This document shows, in pieces, positions 38,667 through 53,395 of a stretch of DNA of 64,000 bases. The notes under the pieces were generated by a model. It searched no databases, had not been told where the DNA came from, and worked only from the letters and a program-made list of their open reading frames with translations. The translations under genes and the position numbers were made by a program. Position 1 is the first letter of the stretch; the number at the start of each line of letters is the position of its first letter. Source of the stretch: Octopus sinensis (Eukaryota). The stretch covers positions 41,422-105,421 of the forward strand of contig NW_021832712.1 in the NCBI RefSeq assembly GCF_006345805.1. The letters run 5' to 3'.

Positions 38667-39148
38667 AAAATTACGTAATTAGAATTAAAATGTGGTTATA
38701 TAACTTGATGGAGTAACAAAATTTTAAGTGGACTTTTTTCTTTTCATATTTAATTCTAAAATATGAAGTTTCAATAATTTTTGTGATCATTTCGAAGATT
38801 TCCTTTAGTTCATCACCTTAGACAATTGTTTTTTAGTACAAAATAACTGGTATGAATGTTATTGATTCATTTAACTAAGGAAAATCGATCGTACAGCGGA
38901 TAACGATGAAGTTTTTTTTTAGGATACTTACTGAGATCCCGTAGAACAGCCATATCGTCTCTTCCTACTAGCCTTCGTTTTGAAATCATAATTCCGATCT
39001 CTCCAGGAGTGCCTTTGCCTTCTCACCAATGACACTACTTCTCAAACGCAACTAGAATAAATTTCACATTGTTCAGGAGAAAAGCGTCGATGTTGAAATT
39101 CGACAATGATTATAGCTCTATGATAACGGAAATATAAACCAATGTCAT

Positions 39149-40605
39149 AATATTGTTGTTTTCGCTCTGTTTCTTCCAGCAGTAATTACGGAACGTAAAA
39201 AATTCCTACAAATTGTTGGAATGTGCCATACCAATTTATGATGCGGACTTTGAGGTATATGATTGATACTTATGAAAGGTTGCCAATGAAATACTAATTG
39301 TTCACCTTGAAGAATATTCTACTACACCTTGGGAAGCTCTTAGACATTTGATCGCGGGAATAACTTATGGTGGTCACGTCACAGACGATTCAGACAGAAC
39401 CTTGCTAAATACGTACATAAATGAGTATTTCAACGACAACATTCTGACTCAAACGAACTATAAGCTGTCTTCTTTGCCGACATACTACGTACCAAAAGAC
39501 GGACCTCTTAAATCATATCACGAATATATCAACACTCTACCAAATAACGAACACCCAGAAGTGTTTGGACTACATCTAAATAGCGAATTCAGTCAGAAAT
39601 AACTGCTGCAAAACCATTTATTCTCCACTCTCCTACTGACAGAGTCTAAACAATCAGGAGACCATGACGACACGGGAGAGAGCAGAGTCCTTGAAAATAT
39701 CAAACTTATCAAAAACAAATTCAAAATAATATGACATTGAGGCTGCTCTGAGAATCCGTGAAAACGACAACTTTGTCATTGGTTCTGTGCTAGTTCAGCA
39801 GGTGAGGATCTTGGTTAATTTTATAAGGTCATCGGCTATAATAAATTGCTGGATATTATAGAACAACGGCACATAAAGTAGAAGAAGGCATTCTTGGTCT
39901 CATGTCAATGTCAACGGAATTGGAAGAGATTTTCCAGTCATCTATCATGGAAGGGTCCCGAAATTGTGGGGAAAGGTAACCAAGTTTTTTATTTGATAAT
40001 CACAGCTTTATCCGTCGAAAAAACCGCTCGCTTCCTGGATACGAGATCTTAATGCTCGTGTTCATCACTTTAATACTTGGACAGTCACTTCAAGGACTCC
40101 TACAATATTTTTGATCTCAGCATTTATTCACCCTATCAGTTTTTTGACCGCTGTCCAGCAATCAAGTGCCCATACGCTCAATGTAGATCATTTTCTTGAT
40201 TATTAGGTTCCTTTTGACAATTTGATCTCTGAATTCAACGTCCTTACCATCAGCGACAATGATGTAACAGGATCTCCATCAGAAGGAGTGTTGATCAAGG
40301 GGATTCACTTGCAAGGAGCAGGTTGGGACATTAAAAACGCAAGTCTGGTGGAACCAGAGCCAATGAAGCTAATTTATAATATGCCTTCTGTACATTTGAA
40401 GCACTTGGAAGCAAAGAAGAAAAATTTAAAAGGTTATATTCGTGTTTCTTGACTAGTAATTACAGGAATATACCAATGTCCTGTCTATATGACGTCCGAT
40501 CGTGCTGAAATGCGGGTGTTTGTAATGGACGTTAAAAGTGGAGATAAAGCAGCCGACCATTGGATTAAAAGGGGAGCAGCAATGATTCTTAATCTTGATG
40601 ATTAA
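39149..40605 (+). pseudogene. Duplicated DNAH2 3' fragment (intron-retaining)
   Basis: Near-identical to 33105-34569 including introns and stop codon. No 5' part; multiple 1-bp deletions. Confidence 0.9.
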
Positions 40606-42253
40606 ATAACACAATTTCCTAATAAATTGTTAGTTTAGTAATTTGTGTAAATATATTTTTAAACAAGATTTGAGTATATTTTATTCTACACATATTTAGA
40701 ACATGACGAGAGAATAGTTAGTTAACTACCCCGGCTTCTCTAGCAATTAGGAATCAGATAAGATGTAATCATGAATTAGTTTTTTCACAGTTTGCCCATT
40801 GTGAATTAAGAGTATTTTTGAGAGACGATGCATTGATCGGCCAGAGTAGTGATAATATGTCTTTTGTTTTCTGGAATAGAGATTTTGTGGCATGAATATG
40901 ATAGATTTGCATTTCGTGAAAAAATTGGAGTCCTCTCATCACCAGGTGGTCTTCAACCGGAAGGATATAAGATTCCCAATGAAGATTGATCAATGGAAGT
41001 AAGGGCTAGAAAACCAGTTATTGTGCAGAGGCATGAGTTTTTGATTCATAGGAGTTTTTGGAGATTTGAAAGAGACAGGTTCCATAACCATGAGATTGGA
41101 CTGGACGAGGCGGGGTCGCAAGGGTCCTTCTTGGACTTCAAAATTGGAATGATAATAGATTTTTTCCAGACCATAGGTATTAGACCACAGTTTAGCGATG
41201 TTTTGGAAATATCAGTCAGATTTTTCAGATGGTATATGCATAGACCATCGGGCCCAATTTTTTCTACTATTTCCTTGTTGAAGCATGGTTTTGCATTTTT
41301 GTGGAATCCTTTCAGCACATATCTTTTATCAGCAGCTAATAGTGTTGATGTGAAGAATTAGATAGCGGATTCCAGTGAGTTATGTCCTCCTACAGAGAAG
41401 CCTTTGAAGGCAACTTCAATATCTTGACGATGGGGGACCAATTTTCCGGTTTTAATTGATGATAGTTCTTCGAAAAATGTCCCGAGGTGATAGAAGGTTA
41501 ATTGAAATAAAAATTGGATTGTGGCCTGATGGGAGATCATGAATCACTCACCAATTTATGCAAGAGGCGATTGATGGGGAGCAGAGGGAAAGATCCGTGG
41601 ATGTATTAATGTCGTTAGACCTTAGATCACACCTTGTGTGTAAGTGTGGGTCGTTCAATATGACTAGATTTTTCAGTTACGACATTAGTTGTAGGTTTTG
41701 CTAGTCTTGGCATTGATTTGAGAGCCAGGCTGAATTTTTTTGCATTTAGGTCACCGAAGATCAATATATTTTTGATAGACATGATAGCTTGAATTACCCA
41801 CACCGTTGGTGAGAGAAAATTATTATTATTATTTAAGCCAAACAGAATCACCGTCTTAACCATTAACTAACACGTTCAGGTGATTCCGACACTTCTCAAC
41901 AGTCGAGCCATCTTTTCACGATGTTCCGACCGTGACCCCACACACTTTCTGTATGTACGGTGAATGGTTTGTGGTCCATTTTCACGATCCTCCCCATTTG
42001 CCTCTACGAGAGACTCCAGTGTTCTATGGACAATTTCCCTATCGGTATGGTCCTTCAGTAGGTTGATAAATCTTTCTTGAATTTTTTCGATTTTTAGCCG
42101 GTTCGTTGCCGCCAGGTTATAGCCCCAAGCAGCACATGCATAGCCTATTGTTGGCTCGATATACTGCTTGTAAAGGGTCTCTACCCCTGGCGGATAAGTT
42201 CTGCCACAGTTCCAAAGGAAGGCTTTTACAAAATTAATCTTCTTTATACAGGT

Positions 42254-44819
42254 TGTCACAGTCCGTTAGTGAAACACGCCGTTAATGAAACGCCAACATC
42301 AAATTGATAAAATCCAATAAAATTCTGTCAATAAAACCAACATACCCTATAAATTTGCGCTAACGTAACCTTGTTAGACATTTTATTAAAATTAGGGCTA
42401 GCCATTAATTTTTAATATTGCAAATTTATTATTTTTTTAAATTTATTAAAAATTTAATTTAATTAATCAATTTTAGATAATCTGGAATGATGAACTCCCT
42501 CGATTATCTCCCCATCTTCACTTTGGATCTTATATATATTGTTTGCTTCCTCCAAAACTCTAAATTTTCTTATTTCGACGCCATCAAACAGAGGAAATTT
42601 TCTTATGTTTGCATCGTTATCTTGTCTTGAAATTAAATTAAGACAAATTCAACCTTAATAATACCTTGGCTCCAATTTCAATGGATCCCTCGTCAAATCT
42701 CCACTTTCTTCGTTGCACCATTTTTTCACCAGCATTTATTAAATTGACGTATGCTTGTTCCCGAGCCTCATTGAGGTCGTCATCATATGAAAGGAGGCTT
42801 TCCATTGTGTCATCTTCAATTTTCCCTGGATTTTCCATTCCCATGAAGAGATAAAAAGGAACTTTCTTCGTCGTCGAGTGGACTGTATTGTTGTAGTCGA
42901 AAACAATGTCCTTAATACATTCAACGTATCTTCCAAAAAATCCATTTGATGCGCTAGTAGATGAAATCCATCGCTTTATACTTTGGTTAAATCTAATTAA
43001 GAAAATAATTAAAATACAACCTCTCCACTTGACCTTGTATCCACGGAGCTCTTGGTCGACCTCGTACGTGTTTAATTTTATATTTTTCGCATAATTTTTC
43101 AACATAAAGGTTGCAAAATTCTGTTCCATTATCCGTATGTAAAATTATTGGTGGGCCGATGAAATAAAATACTTTTTGAAATAATTCCGAAATTTCTTTT
43201 GATGTTTTAGTCATGGCAAGTTCGACAACGACATATTTAGAAAAAGAATCAATTATAACCAAAATCTACACTAAAATGACATTAATACCCATTTAAAGGA
43301 ATCATTGATTTCTGAATAACGTCGAAAGTCAATCAGATCTGCAATGTATCTGTCTCGACTCCTTCTCGCAATTATCGGGGTTATCGTTGGTTTTGTATCT
43401 CTCGCCTTGTGACTCCATAAATCAATCTTCTCAGTTTTGAGAATAAGCGGTCTCGTCCAAAGTGATTAAGATTATGTTCCGCCTAATTTATATTATTATA
43501 TTTCGTAAATTATACTTCAATAAATTTAAGCTTCAGCTCCAGTTCATCCTCGCAAAAAAAACGCAATTTTAGACCAGTCCTATTGTAGAATGCAACTCCA
43601 TTTTCAAATGTAAAGGATTCAGATAGTTTTCTGATTCTGAACCTTTCGAGGCGGCTCATGCTATCTGGAAATCCAATTTCTGAACTTTCCTCTTTGATAT
43701 TTCGAATAATACTGAGAATTGACAGTTTATAAGGTAAAGAAATCACTAATTAAGAGGCGGAACCGCAGCCGAGAGGAGGATCGAGGAACAGTTCCCCTTA
43801 GAACTGCGAGAGAGATGCGCTCAAAAAGCCACATCAGTTCACGGGGGTCGTTCCTCGCCCTTCCCAATGACCTTCCGATCTTCGAGAGGAAACGGAGAGT
43901 AGACGGGCCAAGTACACCGGAAGTTTCCACTGACACCGGTTCGAAGATGAAACGGTCCATCAGGGAGGCGTACTTAGATGCCTTCTTCGTCTCCGCCCTC
44001 TTGGCTGCTGAGCCAGCCTCGACCGCCGACAAGGAAAGACATGATGATGCGAAAGTATCAGAGCATGTCGCATCCCAGACGATTGCTTTCCCGTTCTTGT
44101 AGGGAAAGAGTGAGATCCCCGTCAGGTCTCTTACCATCCTCCTTAGAAGGCCAGGAGGCTCCAGCTGACAGGGAAATCCGGCTGCTTCAAGTGCATGTTT
44201 TACTACGGAATTTAATTCAGAATGCCTGGGAATCCGGCCAGGGCTTTTGCGACAGGAAAGTGGATGGAGACCTTTCCGATCTACGACAGAACCACAGCGG
44301 CAAGTGTGTGGAAAGCAGATGTCCAGACCAAGTCTAAGAGAAATGCCAATCTGCACACTTTTTGGGTCCAGCAGGGTTCCCGTATTTCCGGAAGGGTATG
44401 CGTTGAGCCAAGCGCCACTCCATTCGGAGGATGCGGCCAAAAGACAAGCGCGCCGGTGTTGATCACAGGAGGATAATAGCGAATTGTATAACTGAAGAAA
44501 CATTGTTTCCGTCCACGCCTTTGTATAGCAGGGATAGCAAGGAATGTCGAAGCCACGGGAAGACCAAACTTCGATACCATGAGAAAGCTCTTGGTCCAGA
44601 ACGGATTCGGATACTGAGAATTTCTTTAGTTAGTCTCACTATCCGCATACTATCACGCTTCTTAATTTAAACCATAAAAATCGGATTTTATTAAAATTAA
44701 TAACTAAATTATCTTTTCCAATGACGATTTGTAATTATTTATCTTTTTTTTGATATGATATTTTGTCAATTTGATGTTGGCGTTTCATTAACGGCGTGTT
44801 TCTTTATGGGACTGTGACA
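42254..44819 (-). mobile_element. Ginger2/Tdd-like integrase DNA transposon
   Basis: ~60-bp imperfect TIRs TGTCACAG...CTGTGACA and a 5-bp TSD CAGGT (42249-53, 44820-24); empty site at ~36160-36170. rve integrase VIIDSFSKY...LHTDNGTEF...GQVER with three micro-introns. Confidence 0.88.
43721..44610 (-). mobile_element. 5'-truncated CRE-like RLE retrotransposon inserted in the Ginger2 ORF
   Basis: C-x-C...H-x3-C zinc motif, PRH and VWDAT...KKASKY...PVSVETSG...RISLAVLRG. 12-bp TSD ATACTGAGAATT at 43709-43720 and 44611-44622. Removing the insert restores MRIVRLTKEILSIIRNIKEE. Confidence 0.9.
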
Positions 44820-45394
44820 CAGGTTGATACGATCTATTCTACGTGAGGTGAAAAACAGAGGAAAGTATCAAACGTTACTCCCAATATCTTCTGTGTTTTC
44901 TTTTGTGGTATTGGAATTCCGTTCAACGTGACATCAATAGTTTTCGTCCCCATCTTCATATTTTTCGTGAATAGAGTGACTGCTGACTTTTGGAACATGC
45001 ATGTGTGTGGTGAGAGAAAGTGAATGTAATATCATTGAAATTTGCTCTATTCTCTAAAAAATATTTATGATTAATTTATTAAGTCTAAAAAATTCTAAAT
45101 ACTTATTTATAAGAAATTTGATATATTAGTTAATACAGTTTTCGGGTCATCATGTAGTAATAGCTGAATGGTCCCACAAATTCTTAGAAATAGTGGTGGG
45201 TCGTATCCAAAAAACAGATTTTAAAAACAATCAATAAGAGTAACTTTTACCAAAAATATAATATTTTAAATATTTTTTTAATTAAAACATACTTTAAAAT
45301 TATTAATTTTAATTTGTTTTTTTATTTTGTATTAAAAATATTAATTAATAAAATTGTCTGCATTTGTTAGTTAAGTAGATCGTGTGATAATAAT

Positions 45395-45640
45395 ATGGAT
45401 CCGCCAAGTTATGAGGAAAATATTAAGATACAGTCAGCACCAAAATTGGAACAGTCGAATCAGATCATATACGTGGTTTAGAGGTCGATTTTTTAATTTA
45501 AGGTTTCTCCAGATGCGCGAAGATATTCCTTAAGAATATCCCGGAAGCAAAAAATATTGTATTTTGTAATCTTCATTTTGGGGTTCATTTCAATTATGAC
45601 AATTTACATCCTTCGATCTAAAGGTTATGGCCCTTATTAA
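45395..45640 (+). CDS. PPSY-motif single-TM microprotein, paralog A copy 2
   Basis: Same structure and length as 36745-36990. I see one intronic change and one Q>R change; the frame is intact. Confidence 0.65.
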
Positions 45641-46058
45641 CAATTTTTTCAAAAAAATGTTTTTTATTTTTTTTCATACACATTTCTTTATATAATCATG
45701 GCATACTTCATTAAAAATAAGCTATTAACTAGTCAGTTTCATCTTTGACTAGTAAACTCGACGCTATCCATATGCTGATATTCATTTCTCCCTTCAGGCA
45801 TTCAGTCCCATTTATCCAGTTCATCGTGAAAGATTTCACGTAGGCAAGTCTGTATCCTTACTCTTGACTTATCAACTGCAAAGGAACAATCGTGTCAAAT
45901 ATAATCTATCCTACTATAATGTATTCTATTATCTAGCTCAATGTTCCTTTTCTATGGAACAATTTTGTTTCTAAAAATACACAATTTTACTTCCTAGTCT
46001 GTTTTTAATTATCAACGACTGACTCATTCACGTTTATTGATCTTCTTTCATACTGGAA

Positions 46059-46375
46059 TCAATTCTCGTTATCGTTCCCCTGCCCGTGAGGCAATGAGTA
46101 GTCCTGGCACGACACAGTTGAAAAATGGGGATCTCTCACCTTCCTTCCGGTCTTAGCGAGGCGTTATGGGGTCCACCATGTCAGTTGGAACTTCCAATCG
46201 GATATGGAAACGCTCAGGAGGCACTTAATGCCTACCGAAAAAAGGACTTCTAGAACTCTGACCTTGGGACATCGTCGTCTCAGGCCGTTCATGTGGGCAG
46301 GATCGAACCTTTCAGTAGGATCTCCCTCGCTTGAATCGGGGATCACGGGGATTATAATAATTAACTGGCTTACCC
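46059..46375 (-). repeat. ~315-bp GC-rich dispersed repeat, copy 2
   Basis: Reverse complement of 5392-5707 with scattered substitutions and small indels. Confidence 0.8.
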
Positions 46376-46993
46376 GTGTTTAGTCTTTAAATAAAATAAA
46401 ATCTTCTTTACTTCATATACTTTGCATGAGTGCATCAAAGTTAGTGAAATCGGGACAATGTTCACTTTTTCGTGGTATATCAGCTCCAATTTCTAAGATT
46501 GGAAATCCCATTTTCTAAGTTTTTCGATCTCCACTTGAAACAATTTCGGACAGATTTTATCCCAACTTAGATCTAAAATATCATATTTTTTTATCGAAGA
46601 CAAATAAATTCGGTTAGTAATGCTGCAGAATTATATCGTCTTAATTAGATTTAAATAAATCAAAGTTAATTATACTTGAGTCAACCAAGGATGTCTTATG
46701 AAGCTGAAGGATTCTTAAAAATGTACTGCTTCTATTATTTCGTTTAAAAGCTAAAAAATCCTCTGCACAAGGCCGACCACGACTAAACTGCATTATTTTT
46801 CCATTATTTATTAGACCAATAAAACGGGGTAGAACAGTTAATTATAATCCCAGTGATCCCCGATGCACTTTGCAAGCGACGGAGATCTTTAGTATCGTAA
46901 AAACAAAAGTTGCCCTTCATTTTTTAAAATTATTTTTGAGTTTATTAATATTAATTAAAAATTTATTAAATTCTTATTTTTGTTGTATAATTA

Positions 46994-47763
46994 ATGGTCG
47001 GTGCATGTTTATTAAAGAGTTTTGCTGTGAAATCTTCAGAATATTATTTAAAGAGTTATAATTCACACATAGAAATAAATATAGAAATGCTAGAAGGTAG
47101 GGAATATTATACTCGAAAAGATATAACCGTTTGGTCACATTCAACAAAATATTATACCTGCAAAATCAACATAATAACAGAAATTGACACGAATGAGCTA
47201 CAAAAATTAGAGGCGATAGTTTTATTCTTTGATGATAAAGTATTTGCTGTATCATTTACTTATTATGAATCTTTTGAAAATGCAAGTATATTTCTATCAG
47301 AATTAAATCCTTCTATTAAACTTATATGCAGTTGTCAGAAATTAGATTCTTTTGATGCGAAAACTCGTACTAATAATTATTTTAATAACTTAAGAAACGA
47401 AAATAAAAGATTTTTGTTTCAAATCTCAGTGCGAATTAGTCGAAATGATACCTCTGGGGAATGAAGAGAGTTATGGAATTTCAAGGATTATTGAATCACT
47501 GTCAGCTCACAGATGGCCATGCTTAGAAATGAAAAAGGAGAGAAACAACTATAAATCTGATTTATTGATGGATGACGAATTGTTCTCTGATTTACGAGGA
47601 ATGCGAGGTCACTATTTATGTTTTTTACGGCAGAAAAGGCGATGAGTTTAGGGTTGGAGGAAAGACGAGATTTAGCAGAACAAGTATGGGTTTTTCTTTA
47701 TTTTAGGTGACTCTAAAAATATTTGGTTCATTAAATTTTGAAGATTCGGATGTCGAAGATTAA
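46994..47763 (+). CDS. AAGAB: Alpha/gamma-adaptin-binding protein p34
   Basis: W...TKYYTCKINI, EAIVLFFD, ESYGISRIIESLSAHRWPCLEMK and ELFSDLRGMR..AMSLGLEERRDLAEQ match AAGAB motifs in order; ends ...FEDSDVED*. Confidence 0.8.
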
Positions 47764-48035
47764 TTTAATATTTGTCTGTCAAATGTGAAATTGTTTTTAA
47801 CAAATGTAGTTAAATTAATAGACAGCTTAAACTACAGACTTTTAATGGATTGGTTTCTTGTAGAGAAAACAAATTGCGTTTTTTAGTTGTATTTCAAGTA
47901 TTTTTGGTTAACGCGTACTCACTGGGAGTTTAATAAACCGTGGTTCGTCATTCGAGGTCAGGATCAAGATATAAATATCTGAATTCTCTTGAAACAACAT
48001 CAACATTTTTTTAGTCTTTCCCAATGCCTGTAGAG

Positions 48036-50069
<2,034 letters not shown>

Positions 50070-50070
<1 letters not shown>

Positions 50071-50540
50071 ACGGTCAAAAATTAAAAAATAAATATTATT
50101 GATTTGAAATTTGAAAAATAAACATGTGATTCAAATTTTTCAGCACACTTTCCATGCCGATTTAATTTTTTGGTGTAAAAAATGAGGCTCTTCCTTTTTA
50201 TGCCCGCAACCACTGAAGGTCGCTTTTATATTGGAGGGTCGCATTTAAATGCTTTTTGTGGTGATTTGGCAGTACTATCCATATGGCCATGCGGCCATTT
50301 ACTATTTACTATTAAATTACAAGTAAAAAGCTAATCAATCACAGTTTTAGTCTGCTACAATATTTTAATCAATTCCTTAATCATTAGTTAATACTAGCAA
50401 ATTCTGTTTCTCATTTTCCCATTCTCAGTGACGTTTGATTCTGCTCTGATATTAGAATAAACGTTTCTTATCTGTATTCTCCGTTTGTGACGCGTGCCTT
50501 CTATTGACGATCGACTGACCACTCAATTCATGCATAATGG
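50070..50540. repeat. Old non-coding dispersed repeat family (other copies ~53400-53970, ~54030-54160, ~60255-60705)
   Basis: Shared blocks GATTTGAAATTTGAAAAATAAA, GCAACCACTGAAGG, TATCCATATGGCCAT and AGCTAATCAAT.ACAGTTTT.GTCTGCT, all in the same orientation. Confidence 0.75.
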
Positions 50541-50546
50541 AACTGG

Positions 50547-51135
50547 CCAAAAGCAAAGTGGGTCTTACCAAAAGCATAAGGCTATAAGAACTCAATCTTG
50601 AAATTTTATTTCTAATGAATTCCTTTTCATTAACAATTTCTTCAATTCGTAAATGCCATGGATCATTGTCTACTACTAGCACTGCTAAAAAATTGTGAGA
50701 TTCCCTTGCTTTTCGTAGACAAATTCTCATACATTAATGGGCAGATTCCTTATTAAAGGATCCATGTTTCAATTCATAATGTAACAATCCAAGAGATCAA
50801 GTTCCCTTCAGTCACCAATTCTTTATAGGCCAACCCATTTGAGAATATTCAGTCAGTATTCAAAGCTGACAAAAAACACATTGCAACAGACATTAAAAAT
50901 ATTTTGAATGGTGTGAAAAAAGAAGCTTTGTTAACTACTGAGTTTCGACTTCAAAAGTTATAAGAAACTATGATTAACTCTTTATGTATAATCACTCCAT
51001 TTTTATGCAACAACGTATTTGCAAGAATTCAAAGGTTAGTCTCATCTGTCTTAAATAATGATATGGTTTATTAAATAATTTTATTGTTTCACTTTGCGTT
51101 TGGTAAGACCCACTTTGCTTTTGGTAAGTTCCACT
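50547..51135 (-). mobile_element. IS630/Tc1-like transposase relic bounded by inverted repeats
   Basis: 28/29-nt inverted repeat (50547-50575 vs 51096-51124). The internal minus strand reads GLLHYELKHGSFNKE...VLVVDNDPWH...RLSSYSLML, like the DN..H / L.PYSPML motifs. Confidence 0.55.
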
Positions 51136-51442
51136 TTAAATCTGAAATGGTATAGATAGGGTTATAATTCTGTTTTGCGTTAGGTTTAAGTTTGTATTTT
51201 ACGCTATGCCTAATCTGTAAAATAGGAATAAATATATTTTTTTTATAAAATCACATTATTTTTGAAATTATTAACACCTCGAAAGCTCTGCACTTAGTTA
51301 AAAAAATTACTTAGTTAATTAGTTTCTTTTTTATCAATAAAGATTCGTGATTAAATAAAAAATGATTTTGAATAAGTTCGCGATTAACAGATTTTAAAAA
51401 ACACGTTAAAAGTTATGTAATTTGTATGTGTAACAAACATTA

Positions 51443-53174
51443 CAGTCCGACCCCCAAATGGGGCACCAAGTGCCCCAAAATGCGGGGGTGCCCCAAAAAC
51501 AGGGGTTTGTTATTTTTTTAAAAATTAAACCATTAATAAACATCAAAAAACATTTTTACTAAAATATTCAGTTATTTTCTTTTTATTTGTAGAGTTTTGT
51601 CTGATATTGTTCGTCAATTTCAGCCGAAAATCAAAAAAATCTCGGAGCATACTTGGTGCAACATTAGAAATTTTTTCTTCTAAATTGTTAAGCAGATCTT
51701 TTGTTTTTGCTACGACATTTTCACTATTTTCAATTTCTGAATATGTATCATAAACATTATTGTTCATGTCTTCGCATTCTCCATCAATTGTTTCGTTAAC
51801 AACTTGATCTAAATGTTCATCTGTTAGACAGTTTTTTGTTGCATAAGAATCACGGTTCCTGTCGATTTTCTTCCAACAATTAACAATACTTTTAGCATCT
51901 ATTTTCTCCCATCCTTTTGAAATTAGCATCATAACCTGACGCAAATTTAATTTACCAATAGAATGTGTAAAATCGTTTTCGAAATCTTGAAAACATAAAA
52001 ATTCCATTAAGAAAGAGGAATAATAATCTTTAAAAATCTTGATTATTCCCATATCCAAAGGTTGTAAATAGGGCGTTGTATTTTTCGGCAAAAATAAAAA
52101 TTCGATGTTCGAACATTCGGCAGTTTTATGGCATCCCGCATTGTCAAGTATTAATAATATTTTTCTGTTGTTTTTGCAAAACGATTCATTTATAAGTGTA
52201 AGCCAACTCATAAAAGTCTTTCCAGTCATCCATGCATTTTGAGAAGATGAATACAATAACCCAAAATCTTGAACATCAAAATTTTTTAGACACCGAGGTT
52301 TTTTATATTTTCCAATAATCAATGGATTAAGTTTTTCCCCGAATGTTCGAAGAACAGTGAGTCTTTCTTTCCCTTGTTTATAACCAAAACACGGTTCGCC
52401 TTGTTCAACAAATGATTTTTGAGGAGTTCTTTTTATAAAAAGCGCAGTTTCATCACAATTAAATATATTTTCAGGTCCATATTTTAATACTTTCTGGTCA
52501 TATTTTTCAAAATAATTTTTCACATAAGATAAATCACATGAAGCTTTTTCACCACATATTGACTTGAATTGAAGTTCATGCCGCAATTTAAATCTATCAA
52601 GCCACCCATTGGAAGCTTTAAAAGAAGTAAATCCAATTTTTGAAGCTGTAACTAAGGCAATTTTTTTCAAAATAGGGCCTGAAATCGGAATTTTATCTAC
52701 GCGTAGTCTTTGAAATATTTCAAAGACTTGATCATCAAATTTATCTTATCGGCTTTAAATGTGTCATATTCCTCAGAAATAGTATTGCCGTGTTGCAAGA
52801 AAGGTACAATATTTCGTTTTATTCTTGATATTGTTCCTTTACTTGTGTTGTACTTTTTCATTAGTTGCCTCTCAGATAAATTTTTCTTCAAAATTTCTTT
52901 AGCAATCTTCAATTTAGTTTCGTAATCCATAACCACAACAATAAAAATATAAATTGAAAATAAAACAAAAAATAATTAATTTATTATAATTTTATTTTAT
53001 TTTTAATTCCTTATAAATGATTTTATGGTGCCCCAAAAATTCCATAATTTTTTATCGATTTTTTTTTTTTCTGCCAAAATGTACTTTTGGAATAAAGTGC
53101 CCCAAATTGCGGGGGTGCCCCAAAATCCGAGGGTGCCCCACCCCTGGGGTCTGCCCCATTTTGGGGTCGGACTG
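51443..53174 (-). mobile_element. pogo/Tigger (CENP-B-like HTH + DDE_1) transposon, near full length
   Basis: TA|CAGTCCGACCCC TIRs at both ends with internal GGGGTGCCCCAAA repeats. ORFs 52697-52936 and 51543-52670 (FKASNGWLDRF, NCDETALF, ILDNAGCH, LQPLDMG) are joined by a frameshift at ~52745. Confidence 0.93.
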
Positions 53175-53184
53175 TATTTGTGTT

Positions 53185-53188
<4 letters not shown>

Positions 53189-53215
<27 letters not shown>

Positions 53216-53395
53216 CAGTAAAAAAACATAATTAGAAAGAAAAAAGTAAGCAATTGGGTGGCTAAGGGAATTGTCGAGGGCCTGAGGGTCAGCTCAACGA
53301 TGCCGCGCTGCGTATTGAGTGGCAGTTTCCGCGGAGCACAGCAACCGAGATTCGCTGGAACAGCCAGCTCGTCTCCCTCCGGTCGTTTGTTTTTG
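53189..53395 (-). mobile_element. Very short CRE-like 3' end with poly(A) tail
   Basis: The minus strand reads TNDRRETSWLFQRISVAVLRGNCHSIRSAASLS*, then a short UTR and a ~28-nt A tail (T run at 53189-53216). Confidence 0.8.

Larger units (their letters stand above)
40900..45010 (-). mobile_element. LINE fragments (copy 2 of 34870-36330), split by a Ginger2-like insertion
   Basis: 40900-42253 and 44825-45010 align to ~34850-36350. ORFs 41046-41318 and 41876-42259 are RT pieces. Confidence 0.8.

Noticed and set aside
39149-40605. Processed retrocopy of DNAH2
   Set aside because: Introns and downstream flanking DNA are retained and there is no poly(A) or TSD.
40723-40752. ~29-nt insertion unique to copy A2 (TTAACTACCCCGGCTTCTCTAGCAATTAG) as a Helitron end or TE footprint
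   Set aside because: Too short to classify and no matching element found in the window.
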